A stretch of 64,000 nucleotides of DNA from Eledone cirrhosa. Its lineage: Eukaryota. A program made the translations under genes and the position numbers. This document shows positions 40,658-56,678 of this stretch, in pieces. The notes below the pieces were generated by a model that did no database searches, was not told the origin of the DNA, and worked only from the letters and a program-made list of their open reading frames with translations. Within the stretch, counting starts at the first letter, position 1, and each line of letters opens with the position of its first letter. The DNA is taken from NCBI GenBank assembly GCA_964016885.1, contig OZ024756.1:34720001-34784000 (forward strand), read 5' to 3'.

Positions 40658-43519
40658 ATGATGATATATATATATATGACCACTGCGCCTTCCTCCTGTT
40701 CAATGTCACCAGTCTAGCTGGTTCTGTAAAGGTCAAGGTCATTCCCATGTTTCTGACCTATGTCACCTGTCTGGGAGGTCCTATAAAGGCCAAGGTTATT
40801 GTCAATTCCACCCCCTGCCCTCGGACCTGTGTCACCTGTTTCAGGTGATTGCAGGTCAAAGCCATTACCCCTTCTTCTGGACTAAGCCATACAAAAAATA
40901 CCTTGTAATATATGTGCACACTTACCCAGGTTTGAATCCACAAACATTTATATGTAAACCACAATGTTTATCAGTTATCCAGTCTACCATTATGTATGAT
41001 ATAGCAGCTGATTGGTTTTAATGTGTTCTTCCATGTCCTGTCAGTGGGATGATCTACTGAGTTAGTGGTTGAGTAATTCAGAGGACAGGCACATGCACAG
41101 ATTCAGCTTGACAAGACTGGACTTTTCCATTACAGATACAGCCAATCTAACAGGGCTCCTAAACACTTTTCTTCCCAGCAAATTTCACTTACAAGATGCC
41201 ATGCAGTGGGACAAAAGTTACAACCTCATAATTGCCAAGTGAATTTCTTAACCATTCAACCATACTGCATCCATGTAGCAATTGAAAACAGTGTAAATGC
41301 TCACACTAGTTGCTGCACTGTATAGCATTTAGTTATCTCCCTTTATATTTCACATCGCTGAGGAGGTTGACAAAACTAAATACCAGTTATATACTCTTCT
41401 GTAGACTTGTACCAATGTTAACATTGGGTAACCTTCACCAAGTCATTAAGATGTAAAATATTTCCTCAAATTAACCATATATTATCATTCTTATTATCAT
41501 CGTTTAATGTTCACAAAGGTTGACTGGGTCATCAACACATTGGGTTGATACTAAAAGTAGAGGTACTGACTTCACAGTGGGCCGGGAGCCTGCACCTTGT
41601 CTATGTTCCTCCACTCTACTAAGTGCTCAGACAGACTGGTGGTTTGCAAGATTATATCTAATGGGGCTGTATTTTTATCCTAGATTTCATTCCTAAAATC
41701 TTTTCATTCTTTACTTTCCTTTTACTTAGTAGTTTCAAATTCTCTTCATTACTTAAAATTTAAATTTTAACTCTTTTCATACCAACCCATCTGAATCTAG
41801 CCCCTGGTTCTACAATACAAAGCTGTTTATTTTAAAGTGTTTAAGTTTATCTAAATAATTTATCATAATTTTATGTAAGAACCTTTAAGTTATATTCTGA
41901 ACACCAGCTTAATGATGAAAAAGTTATATTACTAAATTCCTCCTAAATTCCTCCAAAACTTGATTATTTTTATAATTATTAAAAAAAACCATAGACAGTA
42001 AGTATCTTTTAAAAATATGGTTATGAAAGGGTCAATTTGATATAAACTTATTGTTGGCATCATAATCCATAACCCTTTCTGGGTCTCTAAAACTGGTGGG
42101 AGCGAGACAGGAAGGTGTTTTTAGATCAGATTTGCTTATACATTTCCTGCACAGAGCTAAGTGTATTTTATCATTACACCAGCACTATGGAAGTTGTCAT
42201 GTCCCTGACACAGCTGAAGAGTCCTTATCATTTTACAAGTATTTTTCCATGGGTTGGACAGGTCATTACAGACAGCCAGTACTTTATTAGAGTTACTGTT
42301 CTAGATGTGTCAGAGGATTACATGTCAAATATGTTCCAGTTCTGGCATGGTTTCTACAGTCATGTGTTTCATTAAGAGTATGGTAAAGAAAGGGTTAACA
42401 ATCTCCATAGAACATTGGAGCCTTCTGCATGTTTGTGGTCACTCGACTTGCCTCAAATTACACTAAAAGAAAGGTGGTAATGTTAAAGAATGTAGTCTTA
42501 GATATACTATTGTGATTGTATCGCTAATGAAGTACACTCCATTTCAATTAATTCATGAAGAATTTTGAGGGATTTAATAAAATTATTAAATATTTCATTA
42601 CTAAGACGGTACTGCAACATGTTTCTGATATAAAATTATGTTAGAAGATTTTATGTTAAATAGGAACCCTTTAAAATGGGTGGTTCTATTTCATAGAAGC
42701 AGAACTGGTTTGGGCTGGGTTGGTACCAAAAGGGTTATATTGGTAGCACCAGCTCTAGCAAACTAACCATTCTCCAAAGATGTTAACTCCCTAGCCTCTT
42801 TGACAGGACAATTCTTTATATTTTCCATTTTGTGATTATTTTCAAAGTTACTCTTACTGACTCTCTCTACTTTGTTTAAGCTTTTTGTTTTAATTTGTTT
42901 ATATTTATCTAAAATCCTATCATAATTTTATGCAAGAATCTTTGTTCCACCAACTAAAAACTACTAAATCACTTTAAATTCTTAATTATTTAAAAAATAA
43001 TCTGAAGACTACAGATGCAGTGTCTTTCATTAGAAATATGATTACATCTCTCTCATATGTTTATTTGAGTATGTGATTTTTGTCTGTTGTCTTTCTCATT
43101 GGTTATATATATATATATATTGTGTATAGTATGTATGAGTGTATATATAGTATGTGTGTGTGTGTGTAGTATATAGTGTTTGTATGTGCACTATATAGGA
43201 ATTGATCTGTAGCTTTTCAAAATATTTTACACATTCCAATCTCTAATTAATGATTGTTCTGGAGTTGGTCGTGGGTGTGTGTGTGTGTGGGGGGGGACAG
43301 TGGTAGTGTTATGGTGGTTGTGGTTGTAGTACTAGCTGTTTTATTGTTTGTGGTGGTTGCTGTGTACCCCAAACAAAAGCATGACTTATAGTGCCACCAC
43401 CAACCAACAATTCTTCCTTGGTGGAACCCATCATTATTTCATTCATGTCATTCTGAACAACCAGAATATCTCTTCATGTGATTGAAATTAACGATTTCAC
43501 TATCTCCCACTTCATCATT

Positions 43520-44320
<801 letters not shown>

Positions 44321-44412
44321 AACATTATCTATGTTTATCTGTATCTGTCTCTATATTTATCAATATCTGTCTATTCTTTGTGTTTATGTGTGTGTGTATA
44401 TATATGTGTGTG

Positions 44413-44445
<33 letters not shown>

Positions 44446-46138
44446 ATGCCATTCCTTCTCTGCCACACAACCAACACACAGCCCGGTGCTTCTAGACAAA
44501 TGCAGTGTGATATAGTTGCTATTTCTAGCAGGTTTAGCGGCTATATAATTGCTGTTGTGGTGGTGGTGGGGGACATTTTTATCGAAAGCCTGCCTGCTGT
44601 CCCCCTTTCTTCCCTGCCCCCTGTCACACAGGCCCCAGTCTCCCCCACCCTATCCCACACAGAAACTTCGGCATTTTCCCCCCTCGTAGTAGTGAAGGTG
44701 TGGCGATGGTGTTGTTAGAATGGTGGCGTTGGTAGAGTTGGTATTGGTAGCGTGGTGTAGATGGTGTTATTAGAGTGGTGATGTTGTTGGTGGTATAGAT
44801 GGTGTTATTGTTGTTGATGTTGTTGGTGTTATTGTTGATGTTCATGTTGTTGACATTATTGTTGATGTTGTTGTTGATGATGTTGCTGGTCGTGTTGCAC
44901 GATCAATTGAAATGTAATATTAATATTTTGAAGGAAACAAAACAAAATGCAGTCATGTTGGTATTGGTGGTAGTAGTAGTGGTGGTGGTGCTAGTGTTGA
45001 CGATGTTGGTTGTGATGTTATAGTGTTGATGGTACATAGTATTTTGTAGCATTTCATTCTCAGCGATCTACCCACTCCTTCACTTTGTGGACGTGTGTGT
45101 GTGTGTAGTTGATTATATATGTGTGCGTGTGTATTTGTGTATATATGTCTATTTGAGTGTGTATATATTTATGCATCTCTCTCTATATATAAAATATATA
45201 CATGTACACGTTTCCTCAAAAATCATTTCGCCATCCCCATCTGTGTGTGCGTGTGTGTGTATGTCTTTCACTCGTTCACACATACGCACATACAAACATA
45301 CACATACATACATACACACGCAGACAACTATACATACACACATACGCACATACACAGATACAAACATACACATACATACATACACACGCAGACAACTATA
45401 CATACACACACACAGACATACACGTTTCGTTCTATTTCGTTCATACACAGTACTGCCTTCCCTCTCTTCTCCCTCCAACATTTTATTCCTTTATTTTATT
45501 CTATCCCTCCCTCCCCTATTATTATTATTATTCAAACCTAAACTCATTTTCCCTCCCTTTCTACCACCACACCAGTATTATCATCACCGCCACTACCTCT
45601 TCCATAACGACCACCACTATCGCTAACGCCACCACCACCATCCACCCAATAACACCATCACTACCACCACAACCAATACCAACACCACCACCATTATCAC
45701 AAAACCATCACTACTATCACTATCACATCTCTCACCACCACCATCACTACTATCACCACCACCATCACTACTATCACCACCACCATCACTACTATCTCCA
45801 CCACCAACACTACTATCTCTACCGCCACCACAATCCAACTACAAGCAGGAGCTGACGACGACCAAAGTATTGATTAATACAGTTGGTCAAAGGTCAGATA
45901 CAGATCGACACCACCTCCTCCCTCCCCTACCCCAATGTCTTTCACAAACCTAGGGGCGCCACTGTCGACTGATTTTAATTATTTTTCAAAATGCAATGAG
46001 GTAGTAGTAGTAGTAGTAGTAGTCGTGGTGGTCGTGGTGGTAGTAGTAGTAATAATAGTAGTGCTTGTAGTAATAGTAGTAGTAGTAGTGGTGGTGGTGG
46101 TGACCGAGTTACTCATCTACACTTATTAATGACACATT

Positions 46139-46183
<45 letters not shown>

Positions 46184-46359
46184 GTATATATATTGTTTAA
46201 TATTCCAAGGTCAGCCTTGAGCGAACCGATCTATAATCATAGGCAATCTAGTCGTGACAATCCTGTCTTTTCATCGAATTTGTCCTGTTTTGAGGGGGGG
46301 GGGGGACGACTGGCTATTATTTCTAGCAAGAAATGTCGTGAAGGCTGCCTGGTTAGTTC

Positions 46360-46394
<35 letters not shown>

Positions 46395-46462
46395 AGTGTG
46401 TATATATATATATATGTGTGTGTATATATATATATGTGTGTATATATATGTATATGTAAGTG

Positions 46463-46493
<31 letters not shown>

Positions 46494-46546
46494 ATATATA
46501 TATATATATGTGTGTGTGTATATATATATGTGTGTGTGTGTGTATA

Positions 46547-46579
<33 letters not shown>

Positions 46580-46763
46580 GTGTGTATATATATATATGTG
46601 TGTGTGTGTATATATATATATGTGTGTGTGTGTATATATATATGTGTGTATATATGTGTGCGTATATATATGTGTGTGTGTATATATATATATATATATG
46701 TGCGTATATATATATATGACCTCCCCAAGTATAACAATATATGTATATATATGTGTGTGTATG

Positions 46764-46808
<45 letters not shown>

Positions 46809-47336
46809 ATGTAGTGTGTGTTTATATATATATATATATGTTTAAGGGTGACGGTACGTTTTCAACAAGAACCCTTTCCACTCGTATCTGGAATATTTCA
46901 CATTTTAACTTCGAGAAAGACCGAGATAAAAAGAATTCCATTTGTTTATTTATTTTTATTGTTATCGTTATTACCATCATTATTGTTGTTATCTATTTTA
47001 TATTTATAATATACGCACATATCTTTCTTTGTTTAAGCATTCACTGCTTGCTTCTTTCTTTCTTTTCTTCGTTCTTTCTCGCCAGTACAACAAATACTGG
47101 AGTTTTTCAACGGACTGGCTTTTTATACACACACACACACACACACACACATGTATGTAGCAAAAAATTCTCTTCTAGTAACATACATACATGCGTACGT
47201 ACACAAACACACATACACACGTACATAAATTTCACACATACACACGCGAAGACGTATACACACACATCATACAATCACATTCACACACATGATCAAGGCT
47301 TCTTTGTTCTTGCATATATATATATATATGTATGTT

Positions 47337-47367
<31 letters not shown>

Positions 47368-49119
47368 GTATATGTTTGTGTGTATATATATATATGCATA
47401 TGTTTGTGTGTGTATGTATATGTTTGTGTGTATATATATGTATAATATATTTATGTTTATTAGTTAGGTTCCCCCTCTATTATTGTTGTTTATATTATTT
47501 ATCCTTATTTATTTTATACTATTTTTACTTATATTCGCTTTTTCTGTATTTATTTTTGCTTTATGTTATTTATTTATTGTTTTATAGTTTATTTCTTTAT
47601 TTTTTATTTTTTTACATTCTCGCTACATGCTCCAAAGCCCCACCACTTCACTCCCTCTCTAGCTACACGCTTCCTTCCCCTCCCACTCTCTCTCTCTAAA
47701 TACCTTACCCTCCTCCTCTCTATACATAGCTGCCGCTCTCTAAATTCTCTACCTTTTCCCCTCGCTATCTCTCTATAATAGCTACCTCTTTCTCTCTCTC
47801 TATATATATACTCTAAACCCCTCTCTTGATACTCTACTCTCTCTATCTCTCTCTCTCTGGCAGCTGCAACTCCAGTTTTACACGATGTCAGCAACAGCGG
47901 CAAAGCAGCCAAAAATCCCTAATTTCTGCTGCATTCTGTCTCACTCTTGCTCTCCCTCCTTCTATATATCACCCTTTCCTCTCTCCTTTCTCTCCCCCCG
48001 TTATACTATCTCTTACACCTCTATCCCTCTCTCTATCTCTCGTGTAGTTCAGTTCACCGAAAATATCAAATATTGTTGGCCCGGGCAGACGGGCTAGTTG
48101 GATATGGCTGGCATGGTGGTGGTGGTCGTTGTAGCAGTAGTGGTGGTGATAGTAATAATAGTCATAGTGGTGGTGGTGGTGATAGCGATAGTCATAGTGG
48201 TGGTGATAGTAATGGTGGTGGTGGTGGTGGTAATCATCGTAGTCGTAGTGGTGGTGGTAGTCATGGTAGTAGTGTTGATGATGGTAGTCATGGTAGTATT
48301 AGTGTATGTGTTGTGATGGTTGTGGCGGTAGTCATGGTAGTAGAGGTATTAGTGGCGGTAGTAGTTGATAGTTATAGTAGCTGTGGTGGTGGTGGTAGTA
48401 GTGGTGACATTGACAAATAGTGCTAATAACTAGTAGTTGTAGTAGTAGTTGTGGCTGTCTGTTGTAGTTTAGTGGTAGTGGTAGTAAAAGTTGTAGTGTT
48501 GGTAGTAGTAGTAGTAGTAGTGTTGGTATTGGGGTAGTGTAATATTATTAGTAATGCTAGTAGCTCCTAAAACCACCACTACTACCACCATACTAGTGTT
48601 ACTACTACTACTATTACCACTGCTACTTCTACCACTACTACTATCACCACCACCACATACAACTCAATGTGGCTAAAGAAACCCAGCCTTGTTTCAAGAG
48701 TTGCTATGTTTGTTGTCTCTGAATGTTAATGTTGTTACTGTTGTTGTTGTCGTCTGTATATTTTATGTTGTTGTCATCTCTGCATATTAATATTGTTTGT
48801 TAATGTTGTTCCCCTTATTTCTTAGATTCACTCCAATTTCTTTCGTCTTGTCTTTCAAGGTTACATTTTTTTAACGTTCAGGCTCCTTAATCTCTTCTTG
48901 TTGCTCTCTCTCTCTCTCTCTCTCGCTCTCGCTCTCTCTCGCTCTCTCTCTCTTATACATATATATGTTAGCTTCTCGCTACAACAATTTCTATACCTTT
49001 CATTTATATATATATATATATATATGAGTGTGTAATTATATATAGAGGTAGACACAGTTGACACTACTAAGACAGTCTTTTGATACTAAGCACAGCCTGC
49101 CTTGTCAATCTTTCTGTCT

Positions 49120-50220
49120 GGGAGAGAGTGAGAGAGAGTTGACATTGTAACTAAGGCTTTCCTTGTCAAATATTTCTGTCAAACAATAGGCCTGTAGTGA
49201 GAGAGAAAGCTAACTAAGGCCTTCCTTGTCAATCTGCCAAAAAATAGGCCATAAGAGAGCGAGAGTTGGCACTGTAACTAAGGCCTTCCTTGTCAGTCTT
49301 TCTCTGTCAAACAATAGGCCACGAGAGAGAGTTGACACTATAACTAAGACCTTCCTTGTCTGTCAAACAACAGGCCACGTGAGAGAGTTGACACTATAAC
49401 TAAGGCATTCCTTGTCGGTCTCTGTCAAACAACAGGCTATGAGAGAGAGGGAGAGAGTCAACACTAAGGCCTTCCTTGTCAGTCTCTCTCTGTCAAACAT
49501 CAGGCCACGAGAGAGAGAGTGTCGACACTGTAACTAAGGCCTTCCCTGTCAGTCTCTCTCTGTCAAACAACAGGCCACGAGAGAGAGGTGAGTTGACATT
49601 GTAACTATGGTCTTCCCCGTCAGTCTCTCTGTCAAAACAACAGGCCACGAAAGAGAGAGGTGAGTTGACACTGTAACTATGGTCTTCCCTGTCAGTCTCT
49701 CTCTGTCAAACAACAGGCCACGAAAGAGAGAGGTGAGTTGACACTGTAACTATGGTCTTCCCCGTCAGTCTCTCTGTCAAAACAACAGGCTACGAGAGAG
49801 AGAGGTGAGTTGACACTGTAACTATGGCCTTCCCTGTCAGTCTCTCTGTCAAACAACAGGCCACGAGAGAGGTGAGTTGACATTGTAACTATGGTCTTCC
49901 GCGTCAGTCTCTCTGTCAAAACAACAGGCCATGAGAAAGAGAGAGGTAGAGTTGACACTAACTACAGCCGCCTCTCTCTCAAATCAAACAATGTCATAAG
50001 AGAGAGTTGACACTGTAACTAAGGTCTTCCTCGCCAATCTCTGTCAAACAACAGCCATGAGAGAGAGAGAGAGAGAGAGCGCGCGCGCGAGAGAGAGAGT
50101 TGACACTAACTGTAACCTTCCTTGTCAGTCTCTCTCTGTCAAACAATAGGCCAGTAGGGAGAAAGAGAGAGAGAGGGGGAGATTTGACACTGTTGTAACT
50201 GCTATAACCTTCCTTATTAG
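49120..50220. repeat. About 60-bp minisatellite (gagagagttgacactgtaactaaggccttccttgtcagtctctctgtcaaacaacaggccac), roughly 18 copies
   Basis: Tandem units with variable GA/CT tracts. Confidence 0.9.
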
Positions 50221-50486
50221 TCACCTCTATTGTATTTCGTCTAAAATAATATTAGTACATTATTTATTTTAATCTCTCTCTATATATATGTTACATGTAT
50301 ATATATATACACACAAAATGTAGATTGGTATATATATGTTCACATGCACATATATATATATATACCAATCTACATTTTTTTAATTACATTCACAATTTGA
50401 TGAATTTTAACCGAGGTACTTACCAGTTCAGTCACTTATGCGCTCTCTCATATATAGATTTATCTCGGGAATTTTACCCGCCCTAG

Positions 50487-50533
<47 letters not shown>

Positions 50534-51467
50534 AATCAAGATTAAAAAAGATAAACACAAAGATACAATTACACCCACAAATATATTCCGACTCCCAGAT
50601 TGTTGTGTGTAGCTATAAACAAATAGTATTTCTTCTTCTAATGAGTCATCTTGTCGTTATAGCAGTGTTTTGTTCTCTTCTATGGCTTCAAATCAAAGTT
50701 GGTTGCCTTGTTTTCAGGACTAAAAAAATCCACGAGTGAAAAAAAAATAATTTAAGACTTTGGTTTAATAGAATGACAACTGTTTTCAAAATAATGGGTA
50801 AAAATTTATGTCTTGCGAAAAAAGAAACGAAGTAAAACATTTATTTATAATAATTCGCTCGTGTTTTTTATTTTCTTCTAGAAAACTTTTTTCACATTAA
50901 TTGTGTTTAATAATGATTTCTTTATTTAATAATAATGGTTATAGTCCGGTTTTCCTATTTATTTAAAAGCATAATAAAAGGAAAAATATGATTTAAACTG
51001 ATAATTAAAAATAACAAGATGTCTAATATTAAAATATTTAATTAAGCTATCTTCCAATTAATTAGAAGAAAACTTCGACAAAAGTGTTTTTGTGTCCGGA
51101 GGTTTGAGTACAATTATCTCCCTTGATTCAGTTGTGTTGTACTTGATTTGAAATGTTTGGTGGTTGTAAAAATGTTTATTTACATTTTCCCAATCATTAC
51201 GTTATATAAATATTGTTTACGATATCCAAATATTATTTACAATATCCAAACATTATTTACGACAATCAAACATTATCTAACAGTCTCTAGGCATTAAACA
51301 TTGTTTACAATATACAAAACATTGTTTATATTTTACATTTATTCCTATACACAGAAACTTGAAATGAGAATCATTTTAAATGTCTCCCTTATAGCTGATA
51401 TTGGTTGTTGACATGAAACGTAACGACAGGTCATGACTATTTAGACAAACGTGCTATTTCTAATAGT

Positions 51468-51596
<129 letters not shown>

Positions 51597-51597
51597 G

Positions 51598-51813
51598 TGA
51601 AGGCGTGTGGCTGAGTGGTTAGAGAATTGGATTCACAATCGTGAGGTTGTGAGTTCGATTCCTGGACCAGGCGATGCGTTATGTCCTTGAGCAAGACACT
51701 TTATTTCACGTTGCTCCTTCTACCTGGAGTTGCGACCGATAGATAGTATTAGCAATTGGAAAGACCAACGGAAACATTGTTCCCTCGGTCCGATTTGACG
51801 AAAGTCGATCGTT

Positions 51814-51815
<2 letters not shown>
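51598..51815 (+). mobile_element. tRNA-derived SINE with a non-RTE tail
   Basis: A box TGGCTGAGTGG, B box GTTCGATTCC, gtccttgagcaagacacttt domain. Close copy at 56679-56890. Confidence 0.85.
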
Positions 51816-51853
<38 letters not shown>

Positions 51854-51887
51854 AACGATCGACTTTCGTCATATATATATACACACA

Positions 51888-52246
51888 CAATGATATTAAA
51901 TAAATGGAAACTATATTTTTAAAACCATATTTATTCTATTATCTATATTTCAAGGGTACCAAAACTTTGGTACGCTTTCATCAGATAAAATACAAAGTTT
52001 GTTTTATAAGTTTTGACATAACCAAGAAAAGATACCTTAACGGTTCAAGTTTTCCTTGGATAGTGAAGGGATAAGAGAAGAAAAGTCAGATATTTCAAAT
52101 TATTAAGATGAGTATGCAAATGAGGTTGAGGTATAGGGCTGAAAAAAAAATGATGAAAGCGTACCAAAGTTTTGGTACCCTTGAAATATATATAATAGAA
52201 TAAATATGGTTTTATAAATATAGTTTCCATTTATTTAATATCATTG
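51888..52246. mobile_element. 96-bp inverted repeats (51888-51983 and 52151-52246), each carrying a hammerhead motif; Penelope inverted-pLTR-like
   Basis: Arms are reverse-complementary with about 2 mismatches, around a 167-bp spacer. Confidence 0.8.
51936..51988 (-). ncRNA. Type I hammerhead motif with long helix II
   Basis: TTAT-CTGATGA-AAGcGTACCAAA gt TTTGGTACcCTT-GAAAT atag ATA-ATAG, then AATAAA. The mirror copy (+, 52151-52198) lacks C3. Confidence 0.7.
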
Positions 52247-52346
52247 AATATTATACTTCAGAAAACTTGTCGAGTGCTTTGAATCAATTATAAACATTTA
52301 TATTTGTTGAATTACCAACAAATTGAATATCCCTTTTGCTTATATA

Positions 52347-52414
<68 letters not shown>

Positions 52415-52928
52415 ATGTACAATTAAGAGGATTTCCTTAGTCTTTCTAGTGCTGATAGCACAATAAAAAAACAGCCATTACTGTAAATCAGTTGCCTTTT
52501 GGAAAGGCTTCTTGGCAAAGAAAGACTGCAAAACATGGAACATATGAGATATAGTTCTCTAGTCTATCTAGTCTTAAACTGTGACAGGCATGGAGAGTGG
52601 ACGAATGTAAAAGGATGATGATGATCAGTAAAACACACCCTCCTTATCAACATTCCACCCTCCCTAGTCAAGATACAATGTTACATTATTCACATTAGTT
52701 AAAATAAAATTAAATACCTCTCTAATCTTCGTTTTATTTATATATAACTGTATGGGTTTGTTTGTGGAGAGAGCTATCTTCTCTTGATGTGTGTTTTCTT
52801 TTCTTTTTTATTGTTTTTATCCATTAGACTGCGGCCATGCTGAGGCACTGCCTTAAAGTTGATCACATCAACCCCAGTATTCATTTTTTTCAAACCTCTA
52901 AGGGATGTAAACACAGATACACACACCA

Positions 52929-52968
<40 letters not shown>

Positions 52969-55900
52969 ACAGGTTCCTATAGTTTCTGTTTACCAAATTT
53001 CACTCATAAGACATTTTCCAACCCAAGGTTATGGTAGAAGACATTTGCTTTAGGTCCCAATCAGTGAAATTGTACCCAGAGGCACATGGTTGCAAAACGA
53101 GTTTCTTCACCACACAGCACAAGATATGTATTTATATATGTACATGCATATATATTTGGAAGCCCGTCAAATGGATTGTACCTATGAAGAAATTGCCGCT
53201 CACACATCAATTTGTGTTTGAATTGATGACTTTAACCCTTTTGAGACTAATCCAGCCTTACCCCCCCCCCCCCCCCTTCTATGAAACAGAGCCACCCAGT
53301 GTTGAGAGTTCTTATTTAGATTAATATTTAATAATTAAATAACTGATAATTTCAGTAAATCTCTTGAAATAATTCTTTAATTAATTAAAAAACAACAGAA
53401 TATTTCATTAGAAATATGGTGACAAAAGGGTTAACAGTGTCACTGCCCTCTCAATGGTTAGTTCTGACTCTCATGTATATATTACAGTAGATATTGAATT
53501 TACAGCTTACATCTATGTAGATTTAGCTGGCTTCCTATGGAGATTGCATCCCATAGGAGGTTCTTCATGTGTCTTAATGATAGGGCTCCAGTTCCTTTCA
53601 TCATGAAATGAAGCACCTTACTCAAGACATAGCACACCACGTAGCTAAGGGAATTGAACCCACAACCTTATGAATTAAGAGTTGAACACTCTAACTACTA
53701 GGCCACTAGACATTATCTCTTAAGAAGCCCTTCACCCTTATATTTATGCTTAGGGTGCTCTGTATCTCCCTTACCTATATTTTCATTGTATCTACACACC
53801 TCCCATGTTCTAGTAATATCTGCTTTGTCTGCAGTGTGAGGGGCTTTTTTTCCTCATTCTTTCTACAATGCAACTGTTTATTACTGATGTTGTTGCTGTT
53901 GTATGTCTGTCTGCGACTGATTACATAATAATGGTGATAATAATTGTAATAATAAGCTGCTCTCATCATCATCATCGTCGTCGTCATGATTACACCCAGC
54001 CATAAACTGAGGTGCACTTTTAAAGGTGGGGTTCAACAAATAGTGTCTCTCACACACTTCTTCTGTTCCACCCCTAGGGTTTGTATGCTGTGTCTCTTAT
54101 CAACTTCAGTCCTCCACTCCCAGTTACCTCCTCCTCCCACCACCACTATATGAATATATATATATATATATATATACAATTGTAAATAAACAAGATGAAA
54201 TAATCCAGCTCTGGTTTCACCAGAAAATTCTTGACTTCTATGTCAGGGGAGAGAATATATATGTGTGTGTGTGTGTGTGCATAATTATATATATATATAA
54301 GTTGTAATATGTATACATATATATATGAGTTGTTATATACATGTGTGTGTATGTACATATATATATATATAGTCATACTCAGTAGTGGTTGTAGGTTCAA
54401 GCATCTCTAGCTATCCATTCCTCCTTGCCATCTTATTTTTTGTGTGAAAATAGTTCCCCTTTTATCAAATACAAATATTTGTTACTAATTTTCTTGAAGC
54501 TACTCAAGGTGTAGTTATTTGTCTTTTCGGCTAGTCCAGCCTTAGTCCAATAGACCTATATGATGTGGTAATTGTTTCAGTTATGGTTGTCTGCTCATTC
54601 TTGTCATATAGTATTTCCATTTTCATGACAGTATGTTGACATTAAAAACCTCTAGTAATGGTGCCACTATAAAATACACCAAGTACTCTCTGTAAAGAGG
54701 TTCACAGTCGAACAGAGATTACATAAGATAGAGAGGAGTTTTGCCTATGACATGACCACCTTTCCAGTGCTTGGTACTCCAAATGCGCCCATTACACTCT
54801 GTAAAGTGGTTAGTGTTAGATAGAACATCCAGTTATAGAAACCACAAATTGGAAGGTCTGAGTGATATGTGGTCCTGCAAACCATTTTAGAGGGCAGTAA
54901 CCTCCAACCCATACCAATATGGAAAGGATATGAAATAGTGATGATAGGGTGCAATTTGAGGGATATTTGGCTGCTGTTTCTAGCAGAACAACTGGTCATG
55001 TAGATGGTCCCTCATTATGTCATTGTGACCTTATGTCTGATGTAGTCACCACTACCACTCTTGACCACTGGTTCTATGATACCAACCTGCATAAGACCAC
55101 CATCACTTAAAGCTATTGTTATTTACTCTGATTTGGTTATTATTTCTAGCAGGTTTCAGTGATCACATGGAGAGGCATGTAGTCTCCAATATTTTTTTTA
55201 TATGTTCTTACTATCTGTAATCATGGTATCTTTTTTGTTCTAGAACATTCCTATCATGACCACCCTGTCAGTGTATTTATTATCTAGCACCATACTATCT
55301 AATGTATACATTTCCTTTTTTAAGAATAATAGGGTGTGATTTGAGGTTGTTTGGCCTGCTATTTCTAGCAGGTTGGACTGATCACTGAAGTCTTTCGATA
55401 CTTTTGATAAACCACCTGAAACCACTCCTGGTTTTACCATACAAAACTGTTTATATTTATATAAAAACCTTCCATCATAATTTTATCTAAGAACCTTTGT
55501 TAAGTGATGTTCCATATACCGGTTTGATAATGAGAAAATTAGTTATATAAACTGACCCCTTCTTGATTATTTTCAAAATTGTTTGAAAAACATAGGCATT
55601 GTATCTCATTAGAAATATAATAATGAATGGGTTAAATTCATTCTTTTTTCATCTCTAATCATAGAATCTGTTGTTCTAGAACCCCTCTGCCTTCCCCTCA
55701 CGCCTCTCCCCATATCCCTTCGCCTCATGCTTCTCCAAATATCCCTACCCGTTGCTCCTCTCCACTTACCACCCTTCCCATTCCCTTCACCATACCCTCC
55801 CTCCTCTCCACATACCTCACCTCTCCCTTCCCATCCTCTCCGTCCACATACCTCCCTTTCATTAACCAGCATCACCCCCTTCCATACACATACCTCCCCT

Positions 55901-56678
55901 CCCTTTCAAATACCTTCCTCTCCTTCCATTCCACACACATACCTCCATCACGCTCTCCTTCCATCTTCCTACCTCTCTCTGCTACCCCCATTGGCATACC
56001 CCCCACAGTTCACATACCTGCCCACCCTATTCTACCAACACTGTTGTGATGTCAGCTGGCGGCACAGTCACATTACCAACCCCCCTCCTCCTCACCCCCC
56101 GCTCCGTCCACCACACACTGTTGTGATGTCAGCTGGCTGCACTGTCACATTACCAACCTCCTTCTCCCCCCTTCCCCTTTCTCTATTCCCATCTGATGTG
56201 AATGATGTGGTCTGCCTTGTTGATGTCATGCTATGTCTCTGTGTGTGTGTGTATGCGAATCATGCTGTGTGTGTGAGTCTGATGTTGTATATGTGAATCA
56301 TGCTGTGTGTGTGTGTGTCTGATGTTGTGTATGTAAATCATGCTGTGTATGTGTGTATATGTGTGTCATGCTATGTCTGTGTGTGTATCTGATGTGTATG
56401 TGTATCATGCTATGTCTGTGTGTGTGTGTCTGATGCTGTGTATGTGTATTTTGCGACGTGTGTGCCATGCTATATATGTGTTGGTGGGGGAGGGAAGCTA
56501 GGCTGTGTGATCTATTTTCTCTTGGAAGTGGCTGGGTTGTAAGTATACACGCACACGACGGAGGGAGGGGCGTATGCGTGTATATTACACGTGTGGTGGT
56601 GGTGGGTGAACAGGGAGGTGATTATGTCCAGAACACACACATACATTGTGTATATATATGTATATATATATATATAAT

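Noticed and set aside
51598-51680. tRNA gene candidates (also at 56680, 63370 and 25040)
   Set aside because: A and B boxes are present but there is no cloverleaf, and the sequence continues into a SINE body.
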